From a virus: a DNA stretch of 64,000 bases. This document shows, piece by piece, positions 1 through 9,743 of the stretch. A program made the position numbers and the translations under genes. How positions within the stretch are numbered: position 1 is the first letter of the stretch; the number at the start of each line of letters is the position of its first letter. The stretch spans positions 1 through 64,000 of IMG/VR virus record IMGVR_UViG_3300029822_000003; one strand, written 5' to 3'. The notes under the pieces were generated by a model, which saw only the letters and a list, made by a program, of their open reading frames with translations, was not told where the DNA came from and did not search any database.

Positions 1-464
1 AAAGACTTGCCAAACTTCAAAAGGATTTATCAAGAAAGCAAAAATGCAGTAAAAACAGAAATAAGGCTAGATTAAAAGTTGCTAAGTTACATGAGAAAAT
101 ATCTAATCAGAGAAAAGATTTTCTTCACAAAGTAAGTACTCAATTATTGCGTGAAAACCAAACAATAGTAATTGAGGATTTGAAAATTAGCAATATGCAA
201 CAAAATCATAAATTAGCAAAGGCAATATCAGAAGTATCGTGGTTTGAATTTAGAACAATGCTAGAATATAAAGCTAGTTGGTATGGCAGAGAAATAATAA
301 TAGCACCAACTAATTATGCTAGTAGCCAATTATGTTCTAACTGTGGAAATAAATCAAGCCAGACAAAGGACTTAGGATGTAGAACTTATGTGTGTCCTGT
401 TTGCGGAATGGTAATGGATAGAGATATAAACGCAGGTAAGAATTTATTAAAACTAGCAATGTAA
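1..464 (+). CDS. tnpB: IS200/IS605-family TnpB RNA-guided nuclease, 3' part (5' end outside window)
   Basis: Frame open from nt 3 (RLAKLQKDLSRKQK...); RuvC motifs IEDL and DRDINA; zinc finger CSNC..CPVC. Confidence 0.92.
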   Translation, partial: RLAKLQKDLSRKQKCSKNRNKARLKVAKLHEKISNQRKDFLHKVSTQLLRENQTIVIEDLKISNMQQNHKLAKAISEVSWFEFRTMLEYKASWYGREIIIAPTNYASSQLCSNCGNKSSQTKDLGCRTYVCPVCGMVMDRDINAGKNLLKLAM

Positions 465-479
465 ATATAAGATACATTG

Positions 480-578
480 ACTAGAGAGGTTGGAATAACC
501 TTGATAGCTTGGGTAAACTTGCTACAGTAGTAGTATTGACCAAGAAGCCATCCACTTCTATAAGTGGTGGTAGTTCAC
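480..578 (+). mobile_element. IS200/IS605 right end / omegaRNA scaffold
   Basis: Directly after tnpB; subterminal hairpin CCACTT-CTAT-AAGTGG followed by terminal TTCAC at 574-578; predicted guide starts at 579. Confidence 0.75.
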
Positions 579-742
579 AACTTATGGGAATTGTAGGCAT
601 GTTTTTCACTCTTTCATATAGTTCTTATATAATATTGTATTAAGAACATAGCAAAATTGTTACAAAATTTATGCAATAAATATAAAAAATAATCTAAAAA
701 TTATGTAAAAAGCAACTACCATACAGAATAGTTGCTTTTAAG

Positions 743-1018
743 TTATCTATTTTTTAATATATTTTTATATGCTAGTTTACTTTTTTCGCTTAACGCTTTC
801 TCTGTTTTTTCTTTTTCTTCTGGTTTTAAATTCATGTCACTTAGTATACTTTTAAGTACATCTTTTAATTCATCTTTAGAATACTCATGTTTATTTTCCA
901 TATCTTTTCTTATAAGGTCTTTGACGTAAGTTGCAAAAGGTTTTTTTCTACTTTCAGCATATTTCAGTATATCTTCTTCATTGTCGGTAAATGGAACAGG
1001 TTTACTCTTTATCCTCAT
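743..1018 (-). CDS. parR: ParR-like centromere-binding adaptor (RHH-like)
   Basis: Overlaps the end of parM; small basic protein with FATYVKDLIRKDM helix; ATG at 1018 preceded by GAGGA. Confidence 0.7.
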   Translation of the reverse strand: MRIKSKPVPFTDNEEDILKYAESRKKPFATYVKDLIRKDMENKHEYSKDELKDVLKSILSDMNLKPEEKEKTEKALSEKSKLAYKNILKNR

Positions 1019-1910
1019 TTTCCTCAACTTCCTCAAAATTATCTTTTGCTATAGCATCATATACCTTTACATTTATGAATTGTGCATCATCAATAAGTTT
1101 TATCTCGAATTCATCTTGCCAATAAGTTTGCGTATCAGCTCCGCCACCGCCTATTAAATATATTTTTTTAGCACTCTTATAATCAAAATCATTTCTTATA
1201 TAAGATGCTATTTCTTTTATATGGCTTGCAATAATAGCTCTAGCATCGGTTATGTCTACTTCTTTTTGGTCTACGGTTATGGTTTCATCATTGAAAAATT
1301 TTTGAACATCCATAGGGTTATAGTCTGTGCCTTTATTCAAGTTTAAATACCCTGCTATTTCAGCATACATTTTATACATAGCTTCATTGTATGTCTGTGC
1401 ATTTAATATGCTTAAATCTTCCCATTGGCTTACGTTTATAGTGCCAGCTCCGTTGTCTATTACAATTACGTTATCCTCTATTCCTTCAAGAATAGGGTAT
1501 GCCCCTTCTATAAAAACCAACGCATCATTTATTCTTACTGTATATTTTTTGCCATCTACGGTAATTTGCTTTTGCCCTAAACTTTTTAAATAATCTTCAA
1601 GTTTATCTCCTAAAAGTTTTTGCTTCTTTTCTGGTAATCCCACAACTATAGATTCTTTTGGAAAGTCTTTTTTACAATAAAGAGCTATTGCAGTAAGCAA
1701 GCATATTTCATATTCTTTAGTAAAATATCTATCATCTCCAGTAAATATAGCACCTTGTCCTACTATATAATTCATCCCTTCATATTCTACATTGTGTATT
1801 TCACTTTTCTTTTTACCAAATTTATTTATTTCACCTACTTTTACTCTGCTTGCAAACTTTTGATTTCCGAATTTTGTATAACCATTTCCAACATCAATTC
1901 CAATTGCCAT
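1002..1910 (-). CDS. parM: ParM/StbA actin-like plasmid partition ATPase
   Basis: Actin-fold motifs GIDVGNGYTK, VIDNGAGT, LIGGG; 302 aa. Confidence 0.9.
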   Translation of the reverse strand: MAIGIDVGNGYTKFGNQKFASRVKVGEINKFGKKKSEIHNVEYEGMNYIVGQGAIFTGDDRYFTKEYEICLLTAIALYCKKDFPKESIVVGLPEKKQKLLGDKLEDYLKSLGQKQITVDGKKYTVRINDALVFIEGAYPILEGIEDNVIVIDNGAGTINVSQWEDLSILNAQTYNEAMYKMYAEIAGYLNLNKGTDYNPMDVQKFFNDETITVDQKEVDITDARAIIASHIKEIASYIRNDFDYKSAKKIYLIGGGGADTQTYWQDEFEIKLIDDAQFINVKVYDAIAKDNFEEVEENEDKE

Positions 1911-1930
1911 TTTTTAGTTCCTCCTAAAAA

Positions 1931-2015
1931 GTATATACTTAATATACACTTAAATTATTGATATATTTAAATCTTATTACATAGTATACACTTTGTAAAT
2001 ACTTAATGTATACTC
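1931..2015. promoter_or_regulatory. parC-like centromere iterons
   Basis: Five 10-mers upstream of parM: GTATATACTT 1931, ATATACACTT 1942, GTATACACTT 1984, GTAAATACTT 1995, ATGTATACTC 2006; 11-bp period in two blocks. Confidence 0.65.
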
Positions 2016-2157
2016 ATTTATTATATTCTATATTTATACGCTAATTCCTTTTATTTACATGAAGATTTTAAAGGATTTTTTTGTTTTCTATAGAAGTATG
2101 ACAATAGTCTTAATTACATACGTAAGCGTGTAAAATCGCACGGGAAGGAGAATTAAC

Positions 2158-2769
2158 ATGGATAGAAAAGAATTTGATAATTTAAGTATAAAAGAACAAG
2201 TTGAATATATAAACAGAGAACTTTATAATGGATGCACACTAACAAAAGCGTGTAACCTAATAGGCATAGATAGAAGTACAGTGAGGAACAGGTTTAAGAA
2301 AGTAGGACAAAGGTATGATAACAGTCTCAATCGGTATGTAGTGGACAATGGTAAGACAACTATAACAGATAACAACCGTAAGGCAGAGATATCATGTGAC
2401 AATGATAAGACAATAGTATCAAAAGATGAAGAACAGGGTGCTATGAAGCATAGAGACGGTAGTAATGCTTTCGTCACAGACAAAAAAGTTATGAAAAATT
2501 TATTAGAACTTTCAGAAAAGCACAATAAAATTATGGAAGTATTAACTTGGTTTGAAAACGATAAAGATAAGGCAAATGTCATTGAAGTTAGGGAAGGTAT
2601 TAAAATAGATTTACCACAGGAAATAGATACAGAGTTTAGAAAAACAGTAAGGGTTAATGATATTGTTTGGAAACAATTCTCTAAATTCTGTAAAGAGCAT
2701 AAGGAATTCAAGCAAAAAGATTTACATAGTCAAGCTTTATTAGAATATATAGAAAAATATAGAAAATAA
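2158..2769 (+). CDS. Putative DNA-binding protein (N-terminal HTH, C-terminal RHH-like)
   Basis: TLTKACNLIGIDRSTVRNR HTH; C-terminal RKTVRVNDIVWKQF..ALLEYI; AAGGAG RBS. Confidence 0.6.
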   Translation: MDRKEFDNLSIKEQVEYINRELYNGCTLTKACNLIGIDRSTVRNRFKKVGQRYDNSLNRYVVDNGKTTITDNNRKAEISCDNDKTIVSKDEEQGAMKHRDGSNAFVTDKKVMKNLLELSEKHNKIMEVLTWFENDKDKANVIEVREGIKIDLPQEIDTEFRKTVRVNDIVWKQFSKFCKEHKEFKQKDLHSQALLEYIEKYRK

Positions 2770-2903
2770 AAAGAGCCTTAGATTTCTCCAAAGCTCTTAG
2801 TTCGCAAAAATATTCTATTGCCAAAAATATCCATAAATCTCTATAAGTATTGATTTATAAGGCTTTATAGATATAAGTAAATACTTATACTAAATATTAC
2901 GAA

Positions 2904-3173
2904 CTAATTATTTATTAAATTGTGTTCTATATCTGCAAAACTGTTTCCATAAGTAAAGCCTACTATTTTAATACCATTAAATGTTTTAAGTGTTAGATCT
3001 TTATTATAAGCTCTTTTATAATAAGCAAATTTACTATCAAAATTCTTATTTTCATTTATTATAATCTCAGGTTTAGGAAATCCCTGCATTTGAATTTTTA
3101 CACCTACATATTTAGCATCCTTATGGCTTGCAACATTAAAACATTTTTCTAAATTTTCAATTGCTAACTTCAT
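2904..3173 (-). CDS. Hypothetical phage protein
   Basis: GGAGG RBS, 89 aa, normal codon usage. Confidence 0.7.
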   Translation of the reverse strand: MKLAIENLEKCFNVASHKDAKYVGVKIQMQGFPKPEIIINENKNFDSKFAYYKRAYNKDLTLKTFNGIKIVGFTYGNSFADIEHNLINN

Positions 3174-3224
3174 TTATATTCCTCCATTTAATTTAAATTT
3201 AAAAGGCACTCTTAATCGAGTGTC

Positions 3225-3410
3225 TTATAGTTTACCTTCATTTTTTAATTTTTCTATAGCCTTTTCCTCCTGGATGAATTCTTTCATTTTAGCAGCTACA
3301 AAAGGTGAAATCATAATCCCTTTTCTAGCTCCATATTTCTTAAACTCTGCCAGTACATCTGGTGGAAGTGTGATATTTATACGCACCGCCTTCTCTCCCA
3401 CTATAACCAT
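3225..3410 (-). CDS. Small RHH/CopG-like DNA-binding protein
   Basis: VRINITLPPDVLAEFKKY pattern; upstream ATGACA-17-TATAAT promoter. Confidence 0.6.
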   Translation of the reverse strand: MVIVGEKAVRINITLPPDVLAEFKKYGARKGIMISPFVAAKMKEFIQEEKAIEKLKNEGKL

Positions 3411-3517
3411 CTCCCTTTAGAAATGATTATATATCTTTTAATTTTGTCTGTCATTTTTATACTTACTTATACACATTTATATATATTTATAAGTATAAAT
3501 GTGTACGCAAAAATATT

Positions 3518-3967
3518 CTATTGTAATGTAACCAAGTCTTTATAATTTTTCAATAATCCTGCTGGTTTCTTTTCCTCAAATAGTTTATACCTTAAATAAT
3601 CATCAACATAAATTGAAAATGGCACTAGGAAAAACCACAATAAAGCATAAGGCAAACATATCTGTCCATACAAATTAAGAGGCTCATTAGAATAATCCCA
3701 TATGCCAAGACCAAGCCGCACATTTAAAATCATTCCACTTGTAAACTCTAGTACAAGTATTATAAAAGTACCTATTAGACATTCCTGCCACATTTTACGA
3801 TCATAGAATTTCGGATGTTCATTTAGCTTTCCTATTAAGAAAGCAGCTAGTCCACCAACTACCAACATGCTTATATGTGTCCATCCTCGCCATACACCTT
3901 CTAGTACCATATATATAGCTCCCATTATACCTATTAACATTAAATCTTTGTATATTTTATTTTTCAA
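3518..3967 (-). CDS. CmpB/TMEM229-like membrane protein
   Basis: Four hydrophobic segments with LEFTSG and WDYS..N..GQIC motifs. Confidence 0.75.
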   Translation of the reverse strand: MKNKIYKDLMLIGIMGAIYMVLEGVWRGWTHISMLVVGGLAAFLIGKLNEHPKFYDRKMWQECLIGTFIILVLEFTSGMILNVRLGLGIWDYSNEPLNLYGQICLPYALLWFFLVPFSIYVDDYLRYKLFEEKKPAGLLKNYKDLVTLQ

Positions 3968-3977
3968 AATATCCCTT

Positions 3978-4439
3978 CTAACTTGCAGTTGTACTAGTTG
4001 TTATCGGTATCGTCATTCCCCAAGTAACTTTATTAACATCATCTACAGTTGTCAGACTATTAATATATACTGTAAGAGCTTCTAAATAATCCGTCTTTTC
4101 AGCAACAAAATTATGCAGATCTGCACCTAACTTAATCATTTGGTCTGGTGTCCATGTCACACATTTATCTTGATTCGCATTTTTCCAAGACAGTACTTCT
4201 ACTGAGTATCCTGCTTTAACAGTGAGTGCAGTTGTAACTTCTCCGTTAATTCTTGCTTGATCTGTAGCCGAACAACTATAAGTTTCCATGGTCTGACCGT
4301 CAAAAGCCTTTGATTGAAAAGTGTTGTAAATTGCATTTTGATAAGCTATGTTCATTTCGTTTATTTTTAAAGTTTGTGTGTCTTTTAAAGTAGGCGTTGG
4401 AGGAGTTGGAGTTATAAAACTTCCATCCGTTTGTTGCAT
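3978..4439 (-). CDS. Tail-fibre assembly protein (DUF4376-like); 5' part appears disrupted
   Basis: Position after fibre genes; YSCSATDQ..W..DQMIKLG..V.W pattern; upstream fragment at 4466-4552. Confidence 0.6.
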   Translation of the reverse strand: MQQTDGSFITPTPPTPTLKDTQTLKINEMNIAYQNAIYNTFQSKAFDGQTMETYSCSATDQARINGEVTTALTVKAGYSVEVLSWKNANQDKCVTWTPDQMIKLGADLHNFVAEKTDYLEALTVYINSLTTVDDVNKVTWGMTIPITTSTTAS

Positions 4440-4563
4440 TTGCCCTAATTATCCTAATTCTGTAACTATATCATTTTTTCTAATATATAATTGTCCAACA
4501 CATTTTTTACACTTATTATTATTTTATTTGAATCTAATGTTACTATTCTCATACTTACCCTCC

Positions 4564-5088
4564 CTAATTAAATTCTATTACTTCCCATGCAACATTACCT
4601 GGTTTGTTACTAAAAAGTTGAGAAAATGTAATTGTAGTTGAATTAGTTAATGCCGCACTGCTAAACCATAACCCAAAATTAGCTGTATCAAAAAGTGTTG
4701 CATCTTTTGAAGTAACTAGAAATGATTTTGATGTATTTACACTGCTTATAGTAACTGTTTGTATATCTGAATTAATAGACGTATAGCCTCTTTGTAAACT
4801 TTTAACATTATTAAACTCAATTACCTGCCAGCTTACAGTAGGTGGATAATCAATATTACCAACAGTTAAAAGTAAATTTGTTGAGCTTGTTAGTCTCCCA
4901 CTAACTAAAACTCTAAATGCATTATCTATATTTGCCCCTTCTATAGATATTAATACTATTGATTTAGAAATATCTATTGGCGATATAGTAACATTAGTTG
5001 ATGTTCCACTTAATGTAATAGTTCCTCTTTGAATACTTTTTATATTACTTCCACCATCATTTAAGCCGCCTTTAACTATTCCTCTCAT
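4564..5088 (-). CDS. Tail-fibre-associated protein with two IKSIQRG repeats
   Basis: IKSIQRG...WQVIEFN and VKSLQRG...WEVIEFN tandem domains. Confidence 0.7.
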   Translation of the reverse strand: MRGIVKGGLNDGGSNIKSIQRGTITLSGTSTNVTISPIDISKSIVLISIEGANIDNAFRVLVSGRLTSSTNLLLTVGNIDYPPTVSWQVIEFNNVKSLQRGYTSINSDIQTVTISSVNTSKSFLVTSKDATLFDTANFGLWFSSAALTNSTTITFSQLFSNKPGNVAWEVIEFN

Positions 5089-7179
5089 TTAAGCCACCGC
5101 CTTTTGAACATAATAATCAAATGTAATATCTGCTGTCTCTGCTACTGTACTTGTGATTGTAAAACTACCATTAGAACTATCAACAGTCCATATTCCTTGA
5201 GGCTTAGTAGAAGATGTAATAGCAATTGTTACAAGGCTATTTACTGTACAAAATGTATCTGTAAAACTTTGAGAAGTCCCTCTTGTAGTAAAAGTACTAC
5301 TAGCACTTTTAAATAATGCTGAGCCTGTAGCAACACTTAAAGCTCCATTACTATCTATGCTTATTCCTGTGCCTTGTTTTACATGGCCCAGTTGGGATTG
5401 TGTCGCAATTTCTGCCTTATGTGAATCAAGTGAAGCTTCTCCTAGCATTAAAGCACTAAATATATTCTTAAATGTTAGTTGTATATCTATATAATCTGTA
5501 TAAATTGTACTTGGTGTTGTTCCATCACTAGCATCTGTATAAGCTAATAAATATATAAAACCGTCTGGTTGAATCACTACTGTTGGAGTTAGAATACTTT
5601 TTACCAATGTTGGTGTTGCATAACTGAAAGGTGAAGAAGAGTATTCTTGCCAAGAAGAACTACCATAATAAGCCATCCTATTTTTATTTCCACTAGGACA
5701 AGAGCCATACCCATACCAATTACAAATAATACTAGCTATATTATTTTTTAACCATGTAACTTTATCTGCTGTAGTAGAACCTGGTATAGTTCCATATTTT
5801 CTTTCTACTATAGAAATTAAATCAAACTCAAATAGATGCTGAGAGATAGCACTACTTATACTAGTAGAAGTGCCTAAAGTACTGCCATCTAATTTTTCTA
5901 TAGTTGCAATACCTGCATCATTTGTACCTATTTCTATTACAAATTCATTAGGTAAAAGTAATCTTGTTTGATTATCATTTCCAGCTGTACGTTTTGCTAT
6001 ATTAGGATTTGCTACAACACTTCCTGTTACTTTTCCAGTAAAATCTGAAATTGTAACTCCTGTTACTGCATTATTAGCACCTGTAGATATAGCTGTATCT
6101 GATTCAGTTTTTGTATAAACATCAACTAATCCATATCCATCTCTAGTAGTAGGGTTAGTACCTGCTGTTACCCTGCCTTTTGCATCTGTAGTTACACTCC
6201 TATAAGTTCCTGCTGTTCCAGTATCTTTTAATATAGTAGGTAAAGTTACGTTACTATCACCTTTAAAATCTACGTTTCCTGTTGCATCTCCAGATAAAGC
6301 TATATTTCTTGCAGTTTGAAGTTTGGCGGCTTGTTCTGCTATTAAATTTGTTTGCACAGTTCCATTATTTACAGGAGTAAAAGAAGATGAAGGTTGTATT
6401 TCAAAATTTACGCCATTATAAATAGTTCTATATATTTTATTTTGTTGTAAGAATCCGCTTACTAACGGAGAACCATTATAAGTTAAATTTTTAGCACCTA
6501 ATCCATTTACGTTTAATGTACACGCTCCTGTATTTGCTATGTTAGGTATTATGTCTACATTTAATCCACTTGTATAACTTGCCACCGTAGAAATAGAAGC
6601 ACCATAAGTATTATTACTACCTGTTAAAATAGCTAATTTAACTGTTTCTGTTTTTAGACTAGCTATAGAAGTTTCATCTATATCTAACCTATTTTCTATC
6701 GCTGTAATATCTGCTATAGTTTCAGCTAAATCTGCAGAAGGATTATTCATAAGAAATTCCGTTCCATCATAAGTCATAGTTGAGTACTTATTTTTTATCA
6801 AATCATTTGCTTGAAGATCGACTATGTTCCCGCTATTATCCGTCTTTTTTATAGCTACTGCACCTGCACCACTTATGTTTATTGTACTTGTTCCTGTGTT
6901 GGTATTAGCAGGTTTAAACATTATTGTTAGTCCTTCATAGTATGTAGTTAAGGCGGATATATCTGTAGTATAAGCAGTAGTAGAAGTGCTGGTGTCTTTC
7001 AACTTGAAAATAACTTCATCTGCTATTGCATTTAAATTACTTGCAGATAAAGGTGTACCCGGTGTAGAAACTGTTCCCGGGTTTGGAATAATTTGCCATG
7101 TTTCATTCCCTAAGTCGCTTAAATTATATCTATCTGGATATTGAGCTACTTGGTCACTAAATATAATTCTTCTAGCCAT
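5089..7179 (-). CDS. Tail fibre protein
   Basis: 696 aa, S/T/G-rich; repeated ANTG..T.N.NG.GA units; GTYRSVTTDAKGRVTAG fibre motif; follows baseplate genes. Confidence 0.85.
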   Translation of the reverse strand: MARRIIFSDQVAQYPDRYNLSDLGNETWQIIPNPGTVSTPGTPLSASNLNAIADEVIFKLKDTSTSTTAYTTDISALTTYYEGLTIMFKPANTNTGTSTINISGAGAVAIKKTDNSGNIVDLQANDLIKNKYSTMTYDGTEFLMNNPSADLAETIADITAIENRLDIDETSIASLKTETVKLAILTGSNNTYGASISTVASYTSGLNVDIIPNIANTGACTLNVNGLGAKNLTYNGSPLVSGFLQQNKIYRTIYNGVNFEIQPSSSFTPVNNGTVQTNLIAEQAAKLQTARNIALSGDATGNVDFKGDSNVTLPTILKDTGTAGTYRSVTTDAKGRVTAGTNPTTRDGYGLVDVYTKTESDTAISTGANNAVTGVTISDFTGKVTGSVVANPNIAKRTAGNDNQTRLLLPNEFVIEIGTNDAGIATIEKLDGSTLGTSTSISSAISQHLFEFDLISIVERKYGTIPGSTTADKVTWLKNNIASIICNWYGYGSCPSGNKNRMAYYGSSSWQEYSSSPFSYATPTLVKSILTPTVVIQPDGFIYLLAYTDASDGTTPSTIYTDYIDIQLTFKNIFSALMLGEASLDSHKAEIATQSQLGHVKQGTGISIDSNGALSVATGSALFKSASSTFTTRGTSQSFTDTFCTVNSLVTIAITSSTKPQGIWTVDSSNGSFTITSTVAETADITFDYYVQKAVA

Positions 7180-7189
7180 AATATACCCC

Positions 7190-7360
7190 CTAGTTTGGTA
7201 ACTGTTCTATTCTTGCTTTAATTGTGTTATATTCTTCATCCGTTATTATAGTCACATCAATTGTATTTCTATTTTTAATTTGTTCAAGCATATCTAAGAG
7301 AACTGCTTTACTTAATTTCCCTTCTCTAATTAATTCATCAAATCTATCCTGTACGCTCAT
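7190..7360 (-). CDS. Small protein, XkdX-like (56 aa; not in ORF track)
   Basis: MSVQDRFDELIREGKLSKAVLLDMLEQIKNRNTIDVTIITDEEYNTIKARIEQLPN with GGAGG RBS; ITDEEY motif. Confidence 0.55.
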   Translation of the reverse strand: MSVQDRFDELIREGKLSKAVLLDMLEQIKNRNTIDVTIITDEEYNTIKARIEQLPN

Positions 7361-7361
7361 G

Positions 7362-7655
7362 CTAATTACCTCCTACTTTAGTTTTTAAAGTTGCAACATC
7401 TGCCTGTAAAACATTTATTTCTTTCATCATACTATATACAAGCTTTAACATATCTGTTCCGGAACTTACATCTCCTACATCGGTGTCAAAAGTTCCAACT
7501 GTTTCATTTTCGTTATATACTACATATGTAAATGCAGAACTAAGGGGATGAATTCTCACGCTTTCGCTATCGTCTATATACCCAATAATACTATCTTGGG
7601 TTCTTACAAATTTATCTGCTTGTATTTGTGCAGAAGCAAATCTTAAAGTTTTCAT
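7362..7655 (-). CDS. Hypothetical tail-associated protein
   Basis: GGAGG RBS; C-terminal coiled coil; position in operon. Confidence 0.6.
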   Translation of the reverse strand: MKTLRFASAQIQADKFVRTQDSIIGYIDDSESVRIHPLSSAFTYVVYNENETVGTFDTDVGDVSSGTDMLKLVYSMMKEINVLQADVATLKTKVGGN

Positions 7656-7667
7656 GTTTTTTACCTC

Positions 7668-8192
7668 CTAACTTGATACTAAAGTTTTTGTAAGTGGTAT
7701 CGTTCCTAATGTATAAGCACCACACACAGGCACTTGAACATCTAATTCAGTTATTATATTTATTCCTGCGGCTGTTGCCTTTACCATGTATTGTTCTGGA
7801 TTCTGAATTAAAGGATAAGTGTATCTTAAAATTAATTCTGCAGGATTAGGGCTTTTAATTACGCCCTCATAAAATTGTCCTAATAATAATCTTCCAAAGT
7901 CATTAAGGGTTTCTATACTTCCGTCTGATCTATTAGAAATAATTTTAGTTCTTAAAACTTTTCTATAATCATCATCACTTAATCCGTTTCTTGGTTCTCC
8001 AACTACACTTCCTATAATATCTAAACCATATAATTCGCTTTGATCTATGTCTCTACTTTGTTGTATTTGGATAAATACTTGTAAAAGTTCGTCAAATAAT
8101 TCAGCGAAAGCAGAGTAATATTTTTGTATATTTTCTCCATTTCTGAGATAATATGGAAGAAAAGAAGTCAAACGATCTAAAGTTTCACCCAT
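7668..8192 (-). CDS. Baseplate wedge protein (DUF2612-like)
   Basis: LDIIGSVVG..R...DDDYRKVLRTKI motif; follows baseplate J. Confidence 0.75.
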   Translation of the reverse strand: MGETLDRLTSFLPYYLRNGENIQKYYSAFAELFDELLQVFIQIQQSRDIDQSELYGLDIIGSVVGEPRNGLSDDDYRKVLRTKIISNRSDGSIETLNDFGRLLLGQFYEGVIKSPNPAELILRYTYPLIQNPEQYMVKATAAGINIITELDVQVPVCGAYTLGTIPLTKTLVSS

Positions 8193-9365
8193 CTATATCA
8201 CCTCAATTTTAGCTAATTCTGTTACTGCAATCTTGTCTGAATCTATTGCTATATTAGTTGCATTGTATGTTGTTCCATCTGTACTTAAAGTTACAGACAT
8301 ATCATTTAGCCCTGCTAATCTTAAATTAGATATAGAGTTCATAATTTTATAAATTACAACACTTTCGCCTACTCTTATGCTTTCTATGTAAGATAAAACT
8401 GCATTTTTAATTTGCGTATTCCCGTCTGCTGGATAGCTACTATCTGTCGTAACATCAATTTTAATCCATATAGGAACTTGAACTGGTCTTGAAAAATTAA
8501 TTTGATGTACTATGCCTTGACTGTCTGTAATATTTATCGAGGTTGTACCATATGTATTAATTCCCCCTGCGGTTTTATTGAATATAGCTTGTGCTACTGC
8601 CGTACTATCTCCACCATTTACAAGAGCATATATTGAGTGCGGTGGTATCCCATCTACTGTAGAATCTGTTTTATTTTGTTTTACGACACAATCTGTAACT
8701 GCTGTTACCTTTAAAACATTTGCTTTTATTGCATCCACAGTTGAACCGCTTCCACTTGCGGTACTTTCATTATATCTAGTTCTGAAATTAACATCGCTTT
8801 CCTCATCTTGGCCGCCACTTGTGCCACTTACATTTGTAACAGAATTTAAGCCTATTAATGGACTTATTATTTTAGTTATTGTATTTTCTGACACATTCCC
8901 ACTAGCACCAGCATTTACAGCTTCTATATTTATATCTACATATCCACTAGAAGATATTATCTTGCTTTCAGTTGTAACAAAAACAATATTTGTATCTGTA
9001 CTAATTTGAAAGCTTGTGTCTATTACCGTTCCTGCTATACCTGTAAATCTAGCTATCCCAGTGGCCTTAGTTGCTTGCTTTCTACTTATACCTATATATT
9101 TGCCTGCATAGCTTAAAGGAATGCCCTCTGCGTAGGCTGGGTTAGGTATATAAAAGTCTTGTTCTGCTAACTCCCATATTTCAGCCATAAGTTCCATAAA
9201 TGGCATTGAGAATTGATACGTAGGGTCATTATTTGTAAAATCTATATTAGCTCCGAATTTATCTGCACTTTTTAAACTTGATTCTACATAATCTATAATT
9301 GAATTTAAATCTCTCTTATTGAATCCTGTAGTTGTTATTCCATATCCACTGGCTAATTTATCCAA
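8193..9365 (-). CDS. Baseplate J/gp47-like protein
   Basis: ATG...F.G..GT, A...G..GN and GG.DEESD..FR.R motifs. Confidence 0.9.
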   Translation of the reverse strand: MDKLASGYGITTTGFNKRDLNSIIDYVESSLKSADKFGANIDFTNNDPTYQFSMPFMELMAEIWELAEQDFYIPNPAYAEGIPLSYAGKYIGISRKQATKATGIARFTGIAGTVIDTSFQISTDTNIVFVTTESKIISSSGYVDINIEAVNAGASGNVSENTITKIISPLIGLNSVTNVSGTSGGQDEESDVNFRTRYNESTASGSGSTVDAIKANVLKVTAVTDCVVKQNKTDSTVDGIPPHSIYALVNGGDSTAVAQAIFNKTAGGINTYGTTSINITDSQGIVHQINFSRPVQVPIWIKIDVTTDSSYPADGNTQIKNAVLSYIESIRVGESVVIYKIMNSISNLRLAGLNDMSVTLSTDGTTYNATNIAIDSDKIAVTELAKIEVI

Positions 9366-9741
9366 TATTTACCCCTCCAATCTCTGTGGTGGCGGTTTCA
9401 TCCTTATATTGTAATAATACCTCAATTGATTGCTTTTGGCTGTTTTTACTATCTAGCGTAAATCCAACCCCAATAACTTTGTCTACATTTTCGTCATACC
9501 TCAAAGCTTCCATTACTGACATCCTCTTTACACCATCTTCTATGCCTTTTTCATTTATTTCTAAAACTTGTGTAAGGTCTAGTCCTAGTCCTGCGTTATA
9601 AAATAATTCTCCTTTTACTGTTTGCAATATTCCTGCTGTTTTTTGCTTCTTTTGTTCTAAATCATCTACCATTTGAAGTCTCTTGTCTTTTATAACAATG
9701 TCTCCGTTGCTTATTTGTATACTTCTAATTTTAATCACCAC
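9358..9741 (-). CDS. Baseplate wedge / sheath initiator (gp25/gp46-like)
   Basis: L.T.KGELFYN..LGL motif; synteny. Confidence 0.7.
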   Translation of the reverse strand: MVIKIRSIQISNGDIVIKDKRLQMVDDLEQKKQKTAGILQTVKGELFYNAGLGLDLTQVLEINEKGIEDGVKRMSVMEALRYDENVDKVIGVGFTLDSKNSQKQSIEVLLQYKDETATTEIGGVNIG

Positions 9742-9743
9742 CC

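Larger units (their letters stand above)
2803..3523. repeat. 18-bp direct repeat CGCAAAAATATTCTATTG flanking a two-gene cassette
   Basis: Exact copies at 2803-2820 and 3506-3523. Confidence 0.8.

Noticed and set aside
3978-7179. Diversity-generating retroelement or invertible fibre cassette
   Set aside because: No reverse transcriptase, invertase or TR/VR pair seen
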